Origin: Dehalococcoidia bacterium
Lineage (GTDB): Bacteria > Chloroflexota > Dehalococcoidia > Bin125
Assembly (NCBI GenBank): GCA_963555985.3
Contig: OY820591.1
Location: forward strand, 576,001 to 640,000
DNA length: 64,000 nt
Direction: 5' to 3'
This document shows, piece by piece, positions 46,954-57,018 of the stretch. Under the pieces are notes generated by a model. It was given only the letters and a program-made list of their open reading frames with translations. It did no database searches and was not told the DNA's origin. The translations under genes were made by a program, and so were the position numbers. The number at the start of each line of letters is the position of its first letter. The stretch's first letter is position 1.

Positions 46954-47195
46954 CGCAAGTGCTTTTCCTTCAGGTAGTTGTGCTTCAGCTGATCGATCTC
47001 CTCATCGGTGTATTGCCTGCCGGTCGGGTTGGCGATGCCGAGCAGCTGATCGCCGAGCCCCGGAGTCTGTGTCTTGGAAGCCTCCCAGATGGCCTGGTTG
47101 ACCCACTCGGACAATGAGAGTCCGCTCTCTTTGGCGCAGCGTTCGGCGACAGGCAATAGCTTGGCGTCGACTCGGACGGTGAGGCTCTCGAGCAT
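46950..47195 (-). CDS. RHH-type antitoxin (DUF6364-like)
   Basis: LTVRVD...AE..AK..G.SLS..V; YLKEKH; overlaps PIN start. Confidence 0.78.
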   Translation of the reverse strand: MLESLTVRVDAKLLPVAERCAKESGLSLSEWVNQAIWEASKTQTPGLGDQLLGIANPTGRQYTDEEIDQLKHNYLKEKHLR

Positions 47196-47239
47196 GGCGT
47201 TCTCCAATGACCCACGCCAGTCCAGTGTATGCGGAATCG

Positions 47240-47662
47240 CTAGAGCACCATTTGGGTTTGGGTGACTTGGGCGACTAGTTTGCCTTCGGGGTCGAGGATG
47301 TTGGTTTGCCAGACTTGGGTGCGTCGGCCGCGGTGCATGGGACGCGACTCGCCGCGCAGCGTGGCGCCTTCGACGCCGCCGCGGTAGAAGTTGGTCTTGG
47401 ACTCGATGGTGGTCGTGCCCGACTCGTCGTCAAGGTTGGCCATCGTGCCGAGCGCGCCCAGCGTGTCGGCGAAGGCCATCAGCGCGCCGCCGTGCATCAG
47501 CCCCGGCGCCGTGCACAGCTCGCGCGTGACATCGATCTCGGCCACCATCAGGTCGGTCGCGGCTGAGACCAGGCGGATGCCAAGGTGATCGGGCAGGAGG
47601 CCGCGCATGCGCGTGCGGAAGTACTCCAGGTCGAGGTCGCGGCGCTCTTCGCGTGCGGGCAT
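47240..47662 (-). CDS. PaaI-family thioesterase
   Basis: MHGGALMAFADT, TTTIESKTNF, HRGRRTQVW. Confidence 0.9.
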   Translation of the reverse strand: MPAREERRDLDLEYFRTRMRGLLPDHLGIRLVSAATDLMVAEIDVTRELCTAPGLMHGGALMAFADTLGALGTMANLDDESGTTTIESKTNFYRGGVEGATLRGESRPMHRGRRTQVWQTNILDPEGKLVAQVTQTQMVL

Positions 47663-47707
47663 TGAGTGTTCCCAGTCCGGATGGTGGCGGCGTGATACCG
47701 TCAGCCC

Positions 47708-48601
47708 ATGGCTGGACTGACCGACGCTACGCCAATCTATCACGTGGGCTCGCGTGAGGTGCGCGTGCTCACCGACGGTGTGATCTGGCTCGACGCGGGT
47801 GCCGTCTTCGGGCTCGTGCCCAAGGTCATGTGGTCGACCGTGACCGGTGAGACCAACGAGCTCAATCAGATTCCGCTGGCGCTCAACTGTCTGCTGCTGG
47901 AGTCCGACGGCAAGACCGTCCTGGTGGAGACGGGTCAGGGCAACAAGGACTTTGAGCAGACGCGGCGTCGCGGTTGGGAGCCGGATCACGGCAAGCTGAT
48001 TGAGGACCTGGCTCGCAACGGGGTTCGGCCGGCCGATGTGGACATCGTGATCAACACCCATCTGCACAACGACCACACCGGTTGGAACACGATCGAAGAC
48101 GGGGACGGGGAGCTGGCCGTGACCTTCCCCAATGCTCGCTACTACATCCAGCGCGGCGAGTGGGAAGACGCAATGCACCCCAACGAGCGCACCCGCGCCA
48201 CCTATCTCCCCGAAAACCTGCTGCCGGTCGAAGCAGCCGGACAGATCGAATTCATTGACGGCGAAACCCGGGTCACTTCCGACATCACCGTGATCGAAAC
48301 CCCCGGCCACACCGCTGCCCACGCCTCAGTCGTGATCGCCGACGGCGGCGAATCCGCGATCTACCTCGGTGACATGATCCAGCACGAAGTCCAACTTGAG
48401 CGCGTCGCCTGGCTCAGCGCCTTCGACGTGTTGCCCCTGGTCAACCTCGAAACCAAGAAGCGCCTGATCGCCGACGCGATCAAGAACCGCTCCCTCCTGG
48501 TCGCCGTCCACAACCCCTTCCCCGGCGTTGGACGCCTCTCCGCCGGAGAACGCGGACGCAACCTCTGGACTCCCGAACCGCCTCACAACGACGACAACTA
48601 A
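47708..48601 (+). CDS. MBL-fold metallo-hydrolase (YtnP-like)
   Basis: LDAGAVFGLVPK, THLHNDHTG, TPGHT. Confidence 0.92.
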   Translation: MAGLTDATPIYHVGSREVRVLTDGVIWLDAGAVFGLVPKVMWSTVTGETNELNQIPLALNCLLLESDGKTVLVETGQGNKDFEQTRRRGWEPDHGKLIEDLARNGVRPADVDIVINTHLHNDHTGWNTIEDGDGELAVTFPNARYYIQRGEWEDAMHPNERTRATYLPENLLPVEAAGQIEFIDGETRVTSDITVIETPGHTAAHASVVIADGGESAIYLGDMIQHEVQLERVAWLSAFDVLPLVNLETKKRLIADAIKNRSLLVAVHNPFPGVGRLSAGERGRNLWTPEPPHNDDN

Positions 48602-48637
48602 TCCCGCAGAGCGAGACACCCTGCACGGAGCGAGACA

Positions 48638-49276
48638 ATGGCCTTTGGCGAACACCCGATGCCCGGCGGCGGCATGGACATGGAAGAGGCGCTGCGCAAT
48701 CTGCCCAAGCCCCGCCGCAAAATCTGGCGGCAGGAAGTCTGGGTCGATGACATCTTCCTGATGTACAAGGACCGCACCGAAGAACTGCCCGACCCTGCAC
48801 TGGTCGAACGCATCTTCCTGCTCGTCCGCCGCGGCGACCGTCACCTGGTCGTCCGCCACGGCGGGCGCGGCCAGCCCTGGGAACTGCCCATCCTCGAATT
48901 CGAAATCGAACCCCGGCACGAACCGGACGAACCCGCCACCGATCAGGAGGCGCGCCGCGCCGAACTGACCCAGACCATCCGCTCGGTCGTGCTCGATACC
49001 TGGCAAGTCCCGGTCACCGAGTGGCAGCAACACACTCTGATCCAGATGACCGCCCGCAACAACCAGGACGCCTACGAACCCGGCGTCCGACGCTACGAGC
49101 TGGTCGTCACCGCCCAGTGCGGCGAACCCGAAGACCTCGCCCCAGACACCGAGTGGTCGCGCCGCTTCTTCCGCCCCCGCGAGATGAATCAAGTCCTCCG
49201 CGAGCGCTACATGGACCGCGAAGAAATCGGCCTCGCCCACGAAGCCCAAGTCATCGAAGCCGCCAAATCCGCCTAG
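48638..49276 (+). CDS. Hypothetical protein
   Basis: Genome-typical codon usage, GGAG SD; weak Nudix-like W.LP segment. Confidence 0.6.
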   Translation: MAFGEHPMPGGGMDMEEALRNLPKPRRKIWRQEVWVDDIFLMYKDRTEELPDPALVERIFLLVRRGDRHLVVRHGGRGQPWELPILEFEIEPRHEPDEPATDQEARRAELTQTIRSVVLDTWQVPVTEWQQHTLIQMTARNNQDAYEPGVRRYELVVTAQCGEPEDLAPDTEWSRRFFRPREMNQVLRERYMDREEIGLAHEAQVIEAAKSA

Positions 49277-49306
49277 ACAACGAGCGAGCAAACCAACCCT
49301 GTTTCC

Positions 49307-49437
49307 GTCATACCCGCGCTTGTCGCGGGTATCTCGCCGCGACCAGCACCCAAGCCCATCCCAAATCCCTCTCCTTCCTTTGCGGGAGAGATGTCACGCA
49401 GAGCCTGACCTCGCGTAGGCGGGAGACAGAGGGGGGC
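49307..49437. repeat. REP2 variant + REP1 with nested REP3
   Basis: GTCATACCCGCG..CGCGGGTATC; GAGATGTC..[AGCCTG..GCGGGAG]ACAGAGGGGGG. Confidence 0.8.
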
Positions 49438-50070
49438 CATCCACCCCAGCCAAGCGACCCCAACCAAGCTGTCACCCCAGCAACACCTTGATCCTCCACA
49501 GAACACCAGTGCATATACAATCGACCACAACCAACCCCTCCTCCACAAACAACGAAACCCGACATGACCACCGCAACCCGCCTAGACAAATCAAGACAAA
49601 CCAGGACACACGCCCCCAATTCCGCTCCAAACACCCCAAATCTGGCCGGATCTGGCCAAATCTGGACTTTTCCGGACTACCTCCAGCCCAATTCCCCGCC
49701 CCCACTCGAAGATTCGCCCAGTTCGCTCAAAAACTTCCCTCCGCACGTCCACGCCTTCATCTCTCTGAACAAACCCCAGGCGCTACACTGATTTGGACAT
49801 GCACGCCGCCCCTTCCCGCAGCCCGCGCACGTCAGCGCGCCCGGCCCCCGTCGCTGTACCCGGCGGCCTCGTGTTCCGCGCCTGAGCGTTCGGCGCGCCC
49901 CGACGGAACCAGCGCCGCCCGACCTTCGCCACTCAATCCGGATCACACCAGACAGTTCACAGTGACACCGCTCCCGCACACCTGGTGCCCTGTCTCACCC
50001 CGAACCCACAAGCCGATCCTGCTGCGTTGCCGCGCAGCAACGCGCGCTCATACCCGATAAGGAACACACC

Positions 50071-51750
50071 ATGCGGCTGACCGGCGCTCAAATCCTCATG
50101 GAATGCCTCCGCGCCGAAGGCGTCGACGTCTTCTTCGGCTATCCCGGCGGCGTTGTCCTCCCCCTCTACAACACTCTCCGCGAGTACCCCGACATCAAGC
50201 ACGTCCTCGTCCGCCACGAGCAGGCCGCCGCCCACGCCGCCGACGGCTACGCCCGCGTCGCCGGACGCACCGGCGTCTGCCTCGCCACCTCCGGCCCGGG
50301 CGCGACCAACCTCGTCACCGGCATCACCACCGCCTACATGGACTCTGTCCCGATGGTCGTCCTCACCGGCAACGTCGCCCGCGACCTGATCGGGCGCGAC
50401 GGCTTCCAGGAAGCCGACATCACCGGCATCACCCTGCCCATCACCAAGCACAACTACCTGCTCATGCGCGCCTCCGAGATCGCCCCCGCGGTCAAGGAGG
50501 CCTTCCACATCGCCTCCACCGGACGCAAAGGCCCCGTCCTGGTCGACATCCCCAAGGACGTCTTCATCGAGGAGGCCGAGTGGGACGGCTACCCACAGGG
50601 CGTCTCCCTGCGCGGATACCCGATCATGGACATCCCCCGCGAGGAGGAAGTCGCCCACGCCGCCCAGACCATCAACGCTGCTCGCAAGCCGATTATCATC
50701 GCCGGCCACGGCGTCGTCCAGTCCGGCGCGCACGAGGAACTCGTGCGTCTCGCCGAACAGGCCGATATCCCCGTCCTCACCACCCTGCTCGGCATCTCCG
50801 GGATGCCCGAAGACCACTCCCTCTCCTACGGCTTCCTCGGCATGCACGGACACTTCTACGCCAACATGGCCGCCGACCGCGCCGATGTCGTGATCGGCAT
50901 TGGCATGCGCTTCGACGACCGCGCGATGGGACGCTTCAGCGACTTCAACCCCACCGCCAAGATCGTCCACATCGACATCGACCCCGCCGAGATCGGCAAG
51001 AACTTCATCACCCACGCTCCGGTCAACGGCGATGTCAAGGAGACCCTCGTTCGCCTGCTCCCTCAGATCGAGCACAACGAGCACACCGCCTGGCTGGGCG
51101 AGATCGACCAGATCATGAACCAGCATCCCACCGACTACATCGAAGAAGGCACCGGACTGAGCGGCCCCTGGCTGGTGCAGGCGCTCGCCGAAGTCACCCA
51201 AGGACAGTCCACGATCGTCACCGGCGTGGGACAGCACCAGATGTGGGGCGCACAGTACTACCCCTATAACCGCGCCCGTCAGTGGGTCACCTCCGGCGGC
51301 CTCGGCACGATGGGCTACGAAGTCCCCGCCGCCATGGGCGCCCAGTTCGCCCAGTCCGACCCCATTTGGTCAATCTGCGGCGACGGCGGCTTCCAGATGA
51401 CCTCCCAGGAGCTGCAAACCATCGCCGAGCACAACCTGCCCGTTCGCTTCGCCATCTTCAACAACGGCTTCCTCGGCATGGTCCGCCAGTGGCAGGAGCT
51501 CTTCTACGATCACAACTACCACTCGGTCGACCTCGGACAACCCGACTTCGTCAAGCTGGCCGAGGCCTACGGTGTGCTTGGACTCCGCGCCCAGACCCGC
51601 GCCGAGGCGATCCAGGTCATGCGCCGGATCGAGGGCTACGACGGCCCCGTCGTGATCGACTTCCAGCTCGAACGCGAAGAAAATGTCTGGCCGATGGTGC
51701 CGGCCGGGGCTGCGCTCAACGAAACGATCGAATCCGCCGCCGACCTCTAA
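50071..51750 (+). CDS. ilvB: Acetolactate synthase large subunit
   Basis: FGYPGG, RHEQ, TSGPGATN, GQHQMW, SGGLGTMG, GDGGFQM. Confidence 0.97.
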   Translation: MRLTGAQILMECLRAEGVDVFFGYPGGVVLPLYNTLREYPDIKHVLVRHEQAAAHAADGYARVAGRTGVCLATSGPGATNLVTGITTAYMDSVPMVVLTGNVARDLIGRDGFQEADITGITLPITKHNYLLMRASEIAPAVKEAFHIASTGRKGPVLVDIPKDVFIEEAEWDGYPQGVSLRGYPIMDIPREEEVAHAAQTINAARKPIIIAGHGVVQSGAHEELVRLAEQADIPVLTTLLGISGMPEDHSLSYGFLGMHGHFYANMAADRADVVIGIGMRFDDRAMGRFSDFNPTAKIVHIDIDPAEIGKNFITHAPVNGDVKETLVRLLPQIEHNEHTAWLGEIDQIMNQHPTDYIEEGTGLSGPWLVQALAEVTQGQSTIVTGVGQHQMWGAQYYPYNRARQWVTSGGLGTMGYEVPAAMGAQFAQSDPIWSICGDGGFQMTSQELQTIAEHNLPVRFAIFNNGFLGMVRQWQELFYDHNYHSVDLGQPDFVKLAEAYGVLGLRAQTRAEAIQVMRRIEGYDGPVVIDFQLEREENVWPMVPAGAALNETIESAADL

Positions 51751-51786
51751 CCCCGCGCCCACCGAGCAAGGAAGAAACCGCCCAGC

Positions 51787-52374
51787 ATGGCTTCCCGCAA
51801 CACCATCGTCGCCCACGTCGAAGACCGCCCCGGCGTGCTCGCGCGCGTCGCCTCGCTCTTCCGCCGGCGCGGATTCAACATCGAGTCCCTCACCGTCGGA
51901 CATTGCGAAGAGCCCGGCCTCAGCCGCATGACGATCGTCGTCGACGGCGACGACCGCATGGTCGACCAGCTCTGCCGCCAGCTCTTCAAGCTGATCGATG
52001 TGATCTCCGTACACGACATCACCTACACCCCGATGGTCGACCGCGAACTGGCCATGATCAAAGTCGCCGCGAGCAACTTCAATCGCCGCGAAGTGCTCGA
52101 TGTGGTCGAAATGTTCCGCGCCGACGTGGTCGACGTCCACAACGACTCGCTGATCGTCCAAGTGCTCGGCGATGAGGGCAAAGTCAACGCCGCTGTGCAG
52201 ATGTTCGAGCCGTTCGGCATCCTCGAAATGGTCCGCACCGGCCGCGTCGCCATGCGGCGCGGCTCCGAGGCCTCGAAACCCCCGGCCATCTCCGACTCGC
52301 AGCAGGCCGCCGCCGCTGTCCGAGCCATGCTCGGACGCCGCCCAGAAGGCGCGCTCCCCTTCGCCAGCGACTAA
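51787..52374 (+). CDS. ilvN: Acetolactate synthase small subunit
   Basis: PGVLARVASLFRRRGFNIESLTVG. Confidence 0.96.
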   Translation: MASRNTIVAHVEDRPGVLARVASLFRRRGFNIESLTVGHCEEPGLSRMTIVVDGDDRMVDQLCRQLFKLIDVISVHDITYTPMVDRELAMIKVAASNFNRREVLDVVEMFRADVVDVHNDSLIVQVLGDEGKVNAAVQMFEPFGILEMVRTGRVAMRRGSEASKPPAISDSQQAAAAVRAMLGRRPEGALPFASD

Positions 52375-52425
52375 TTCACTGCGCACATACACTCAGCCCC
52401 AGCCGCCACCGCTACAGGAGTTCCC

Positions 52426-53430
52426 ATGCCCGCCAAGATGTACTACGACGCCGACGCCGATCTCGAACTGCTCAACGGCAAGAAGATCGCCGTGATCGGC
52501 TTCGGCTCTCAGGGCCACGCCCACGCTCTCAACCTGCGCGATTCCGGCTGCGACGTGATCGTCGGCCTCTACCCCGGCTCGCGCTCCTGGACCAAAGTCC
52601 AGGACGCCGGCTTGCCGGTCGACACCGTTGCGGACGCCGCCGCTGCCGCCGACATCGTGATGGTGCTCACCCCCGATCACGTCCAGAAGCAGATCTACGA
52701 CCAGCACATCGCCCCGACCATGACCGAGGGCAAGACCCTCATGTTCGCGCACGGTTTCGCCATCCACTTCAACCAGGTCATGCCCCCGCCCGAAGTCGAT
52801 GTGACCATGATCGCGCCCAAGGGCCCCGGCCACCTCGTCCGCCGCGTCTTCGAAGAGGGCGGCGGCGTGCCCTCCCTCCTCGCCATCCACCAGGACGCCT
52901 CTGAAACCGCCAGGGAAGTCGCCCTCGCCTACGCCAAGGGCATCGGCGGTACCCGCGCCGGCGTGCTCGAAACCACCTTCCTCGAGGAAACCGAGACCGA
53001 CCTCTTCGGCGAGCAGTCCGTCCTCTGCGGCGGCATCACCGCGCTCATGCAGGCTGGCTTCGAGACCCTCGTCGAAGCCGGCTATCAGCCCGAATCCGCC
53101 TACTTCGAGACCATCCACGAGGTCAAGCTAATCGTCGACCTGATCTACGAAGGCGGTTTCGCCAACATGCGCTACTCCGTCTCCGACACCGCCGAATACG
53201 GCGACCTCACTCGCGGTACCCGCATCATCGACGACTCGGTCAAGCAGCGAATGCAGCAGATCCTCTCCGACATCCAGGACGGCACCTTCGCGCGCGAGTG
53301 GATCATGGAGAACCAGACCGGCCGCCCCGGCTTCGACAAGCTCCGAGCCCGAGCCGCCCGCCACCCCTCAGAAGAGGTCGGCGCCGAACTGCGAGGCATG
53401 ATGTCCTGGCTCAACGAAGAAGCCAGCTAG
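52426..53430 (+). CDS. ilvC: Ketol-acid reductoisomerase
   Basis: [33 protein letters not shown]. Confidence 0.97.
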   Translation: MPAKMYYDADADLELLNGKKIAVIGFGSQGHAHALNLRDSGCDVIVGLYPGSRSWTKVQDAGLPVDTVADAAAAADIVMVLTPDHVQKQIYDQHIAPTMTEGKTLMFAHGFAIHFNQVMPPPEVDVTMIAPKGPGHLVRRVFEEGGGVPSLLAIHQDASETAREVALAYAKGIGGTRAGVLETTFLEETETDLFGEQSVLCGGITALMQAGFETLVEAGYQPESAYFETIHEVKLIVDLIYEGGFANMRYSVSDTAEYGDLTRGTRIIDDSVKQRMQQILSDIQDGTFAREWIMENQTGRPGFDKLRARAARHPSEEVGAELRGMMSWLNEEAS

Positions 53431-53435
53431 CCTCA

Positions 53436-53605
53436 ATTCCTGCGTTCGGAGACCTGTGCATAAATCAAAGATCGTCATACCCGCGCTTGCCGCGGGTATC
53501 TCGCTGTGATCTACACCGTCGTCGCCAGCACATCGAGATTGCCGCGGCGGAGCGCGGCAATGACGGAGAACATCGACTGATGCACAGGTCTCCGAACGCG
53601 GGAAT
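53436..53605. mobile_element. MITE-like element with 26-bp terminal inverted repeats enclosing a REP2 pair
   Basis: ATTCCTGCGTTCGGAGACCTGTGCAT / ATGCACAGGTCTCCGAACGCGGGAAT (1 mismatch). Confidence 0.65.
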
Positions 53606-53716
53606 CTCACTCCCACCCGCAAGACCGTGGTGAGGGAACGAGATTCTTGGACATGCTGAGAATGAAGAAATTGGGGATTGTGCAAAGGGCTCCCTGCGAC
53701 TGCGCCGAGACTGCAC

Positions 53717-54208
53717 TCACTCATCCAGCGCCGACTCATACGGCAGCGTCTCGCCCAGTCCCAACTCCCGCCAGCCGAACAATTCGTCCGTCAATTCCGC
53801 CAATTGCGACGCCGTTTGCCCGTCCGTCGCCCGCAAGATCTGCTCCACTGCCGCGATCTCCGCGCCGTTGAAGTCAAACAGATTGGCGCTATCCAAGGCC
53901 AGCGGACGCTGCTGCGGGTAGCCGCCAACCGTCTGTTCGACCACCGTCAGCCGCCCTGTCGTTTCCAGCTCTTCCAGCCGCTCCTCGAGCCCGACCGCCC
54001 AGGGGCCGTACTCCCCGCTGACGTACTGCACCCCCGTGATCGATCCGCGCCAGCGGCGAAAGAAGAGCATGTCGCTCATGCAGAGCAGCACATTCAGCTT
54101 GGCCTGACTGAAGGAGCGGTTCGTGATCTGCCGCTCGCAGATGTAGAGCAGCAACTCGTCGAACTTGCGCTCATCGACCTCGGGCACGAACGCAGATGTA
54201 GTAGTCAT
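53717..54208 (-). CDS. Panacea/SocA (DUF4065)-domain antitoxin-like protein
   Basis: KF.ELLLYI, KLN.LL..SD, SITG..Y....YGP. Confidence 0.75.
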   Translation of the reverse strand: MTTTSAFVPEVDERKFDELLLYICERQITNRSFSQAKLNVLLCMSDMLFFRRWRGSITGVQYVSGEYGPWAVGLEERLEELETTGRLTVVEQTVGGYPQQRPLALDSANLFDFNGAEIAAVEQILRATDGQTASQLAELTDELFGWRELGLGETLPYESALDE

Positions 54209-54279
54209 CCCGCTACGCTCCTGTTCTCGCTGCCGAAACCATCACTCGCCGGATCGTTGACACTCGCTTGGGCGAAGGC

Positions 54280-54651
54280 TCATGCACTCCCGCCGCTGGA
54301 CGCCTGCTTGACGCGGTGCGGCACCCCCCGCGCCTCGAACAGATCCATCCATTCGCGTTGGGTGCGAACGCGGAACGCCGAGGTGAGCACGCCCGAGAGC
54401 GCCTCTGCGTGTTGCAGACGCGCCGCTGCCGTCGCAAAGCGAGGGTCGTCGGAGATCTGCAGCTGGTACTGAGGCAGATACGCCTCCCCGTCCGCCGGAT
54501 GGCGCTCGTGGTGATCCCACTGGTGATCGGCCAGCGCCGCCTCGCCCAGCGTGTCTCGCAGACGCAGCCATTCGTCGTCCGTCCGCACGGTCAGATGCAC
54601 CCAGCCGTCGGTTGCCCGATAGGCGCGCTGCAAGGCGTCGTACTCGGCCAT
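54280..54651 (-). pseudogene. CaiB/BaiF CoA-transferase fragment
   Basis: YRATDGWV, DDPRFATAAAR, F..RT..EW...FEARGVP without the N-terminal domain. Confidence 0.65.
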
Positions 54652-54738
54652 CTCTGCGCTTCCCTTCGCTCCGCAACTGCTACTCAGCCTAGCGGTTAGC
54701 CTGACCCCGAATTGAGCAACGCTGGAGAGGAGCGCGCC

Positions 54739-55764
54739 ATGCGTGCAGTCGCATCACGAAACGGTCAACTGCGAATGGTCGAGATCGACCCGCCCGAGCC
54801 CGTTGAGGGCGAAGCGCTGGTCAAGGTGCTGGCCTGCGGCATCTGCGGCTCCGACCTGCACTTCGTCAAGTTTGGGGAGGACATTGTCAGAGGCTCGGTG
54901 GAGTCCGGCAACGGCCGTTTCGCGCCCGACCTCAGCCGCGACATCATCATGGGCCACGAGTTTTGCGTCGAAGTCGTCGCCTACGGCCCCAACACCAGCG
55001 GACCAGTCGGGATTGGCGATCGAGTGACGTCGATCCCCAGCCGCGGCGCCTACAGCAACGACTATCCCGGCGGCTACAGCGAGTACATGGTGCTCGACGC
55101 TTCGCTGCTGCTGCCCGTCGCCGACAGCGTGCCGACCGAGCACGCGGCCACGACCGAGCCGATGGCGGTCGGAATGCACGCCGTCCGCGCGGGACAGCTG
55201 AGCGGCGGCGAGCCGACCGTCGTCTACGGCTGCGGCCCGGTCGGACTCGCCACCATCGCCAGCCTGCGCAACGAGGGCGCAGGCCTGATTGTGGCTTCCG
55301 ACTTCTCTCCGCGCCGGCGCGAGCTGGCCGGCATCATGGGCGCAGACGTCGTGGTCGATCCGCGTGAGACGCCGCCGATCGCCGCGCTCGAGCAGCGCGG
55401 CTACAGCGGCGGCGAAGTGGTGATGTTCGACGCCATCGGCGTGCAGGGCACGATCGCGCTGCTGATGCGCGAAGCCCCCGCAAGCGGCGCGCGTCTGGTG
55501 ATCGTGGGCGTCTGTATGCAGGAGGACACGATCGTCCCGATGGCCGGGATCGAGAAGGAGATCCAGCTCAAGTTCGTGCTCGGCTACACCCCGCAGGAGT
55601 ACGCCGAGACGCTCGACGCCATCACCGGCGGCGGCATCCAGCCGGGGCCGATTGTCACCGGTCGGGTCGGCCTGGACGGAGTGGCGGGAGCGTTCGAGAC
55701 GCTGGGAGATCCCGAAGAGCACTGCAAGATCATGGTCACGCCGCACGAGGACAATGCGCTCTGA
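54739..55764 (+). CDS. Zinc-binding dehydrogenase (MDR)
   Basis: CGICGSDLH, MGHEF, EPMAVG.HA, GCGPVG. Confidence 0.92.
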   Translation: MRAVASRNGQLRMVEIDPPEPVEGEALVKVLACGICGSDLHFVKFGEDIVRGSVESGNGRFAPDLSRDIIMGHEFCVEVVAYGPNTSGPVGIGDRVTSIPSRGAYSNDYPGGYSEYMVLDASLLLPVADSVPTEHAATTEPMAVGMHAVRAGQLSGGEPTVVYGCGPVGLATIASLRNEGAGLIVASDFSPRRRELAGIMGADVVVDPRETPPIAALEQRGYSGGEVVMFDAIGVQGTIALLMREAPASGARLVIVGVCMQEDTIVPMAGIEKEIQLKFVLGYTPQEYAETLDAITGGGIQPGPIVTGRVGLDGVAGAFETLGDPEEHCKIMVTPHEDNAL

Positions 55765-55781
55765 GCAGGCTGGCTGCCGGA

Positions 55782-56201
55782 TCAGTCTGCTGCAACGGTG
55801 ACCGGAGTTTCGCTGGATTCCCCGATCTGCGTCACCTCTTGGATGACGCAGGCCATGCGCGTGATCGCTTCTTCCAACTCGGAGAGCTGGAGGCCGTCAA
55901 TGACCAGATCGAGTCCGTTAAGCCGGACTTGACCCGCCTCAGTGATCTCAACAACCCGCGCGTAGGTGGTTGGTTTGAGCTCGTCGCCCTCGAGCATCTG
56001 CCGCAGCGCTGTGGCCCAACCGCCGTCGTGCACGACGTAGCCGCTCTCTTCGGGACAGACGTAGACGTTGATCAACTCGCCTTCTGGTGTCGGTAATTCG
56101 GTGCCGACGCGAATCCAGCCGTCCTCTTCCAGCAGCTCGCAGTCGCGGTAGTCGCTGGGCAGGCTGGCGCGAAGATAGGACGCCAGTTCAGCTCTCTTCA
56201 T
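55782..56201 (-). CDS. DUF1828-like protein
   Basis: VGTELPTPEGELINVYV, VVHDGG; ATGA overlap with upstream gene. Confidence 0.65.
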   Translation of the reverse strand: MKRAELASYLRASLPSDYRDCELLEEDGWIRVGTELPTPEGELINVYVCPEESGYVVHDGGWATALRQMLEGDELKPTTYARVVEITEAGQVRLNGLDLVIDGLQLSELEEAITRMACVIQEVTQIGESSETPVTVAAD

Positions 56202-56659
56202 TCGGTCGCCTCCTCCCGTTGCGGCTCGTGCAACTGACCTAGATGCACGATATGCAATCGCGCGCAGATTTGCCGCCAAGCCAGAAGCGTCTGCTCGAGG
56301 CGGGCGGTGATTTCCGGCGCTGCGTAGGCCTGTGTCTTTTGATAGCGCGCGTCCCAGAGATGCAAATGCGCGCCTACGATTCGTGTCCCGTCTTCATTGG
56401 TGTGCGAGACGGCGCCGAGGTCGAGTCCGGCAATCCGCCGTTCGTCGTAAACTAGGGCGAAAGACAACCGTTGCGTCCTGAGCCGCTCGAAGCCGGCGAC
56501 GAACATGCCCGCTCCTCCTGCGTGTTGCACCGGCGCCCGAAACTTGAATCCGCCCGGCTTGTCCAGCTGCGGAGCCCAGACCACATCCCCAACGATCCGC
56601 TTGGACTCGTCGGCGATGATGGCCTCGAATTCGTTTTGGGTCAGTGGCGTGTTTGGCAT
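56198..56659 (-). CDS. DUF6978-like protein
   Basis: LTQNEFEAIIADESKRIVGDVVW; SHTNEDG...GAHLHLW; paralogue of 42563-43003. Confidence 0.6.
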   Translation of the reverse strand: MPNTPLTQNEFEAIIADESKRIVGDVVWAPQLDKPGGFKFRAPVQHAGGAGMFVAGFERLRTQRLSFALVYDERRIAGLDLGAVSHTNEDGTRIVGAHLHLWDARYQKTQAYAAPEITARLEQTLLAWRQICARLHIVHLGQLHEPQREEATE

Positions 56660-56914
56660 GAGGGATGCGGGTGTTCAGGGAGAAAAAATCTTCTGAGTCT
56701 CCAGCGGCGCGATCTGCCGTGTTTTACTGGCGATCGTGTGTTTGGGGCGGTTAGGGTTGTTCAGTTCTGTGGAGTTTTGTCCAATCTGGTCCAGTTTTGG
56801 TGAGCCCTGGTTCGGCGCTGGTTGGCTCTTGTTTAGCGTTGTTCAGTCGGCCTGGACGCCGGGGGAATTCGCCTGCCCGCGCGAAAACAGGCTGGGGGCG
56901 TCGGCTGCGGTGAC

Positions 56915-56943
56915 ATTGTAGATTGTACATTCTATGATGGCAA
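56915..56943 (-). promoter_or_regulatory. Near-consensus sigma70 promoter with near-palindrome
   Basis: TTGCCA-N17-TACAAT; TAGATTGTACATTCTA at 56919-56934. Confidence 0.55.
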
Positions 56944-57018
56944 TCGGCGAGTGTGGCGCGGCTCACAGTTCGGTTGGATATCCTGCGGACAGCGGCGCTG
57001 TGGGAGAGGGAGCGACTC

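Noticed and set aside
47663-48322. Long N-terminal extension of the PaaI ORF
   Set aside because: Antisense to the MBL hydrolase; the thioesterase starts at 47662
48638-49276. Nudix hydrolase assignment
   Set aside because: The GX5EX7REUXEEXGU box is absent; left as hypothetical
49799-49885. Possible ilvB attenuator leader peptide MHAAPSRSPRTSARPAPVAVPGGLVFRA
   Set aside because: Only scattered Val/Leu codons; no clear terminator/antiterminator or T-box motif
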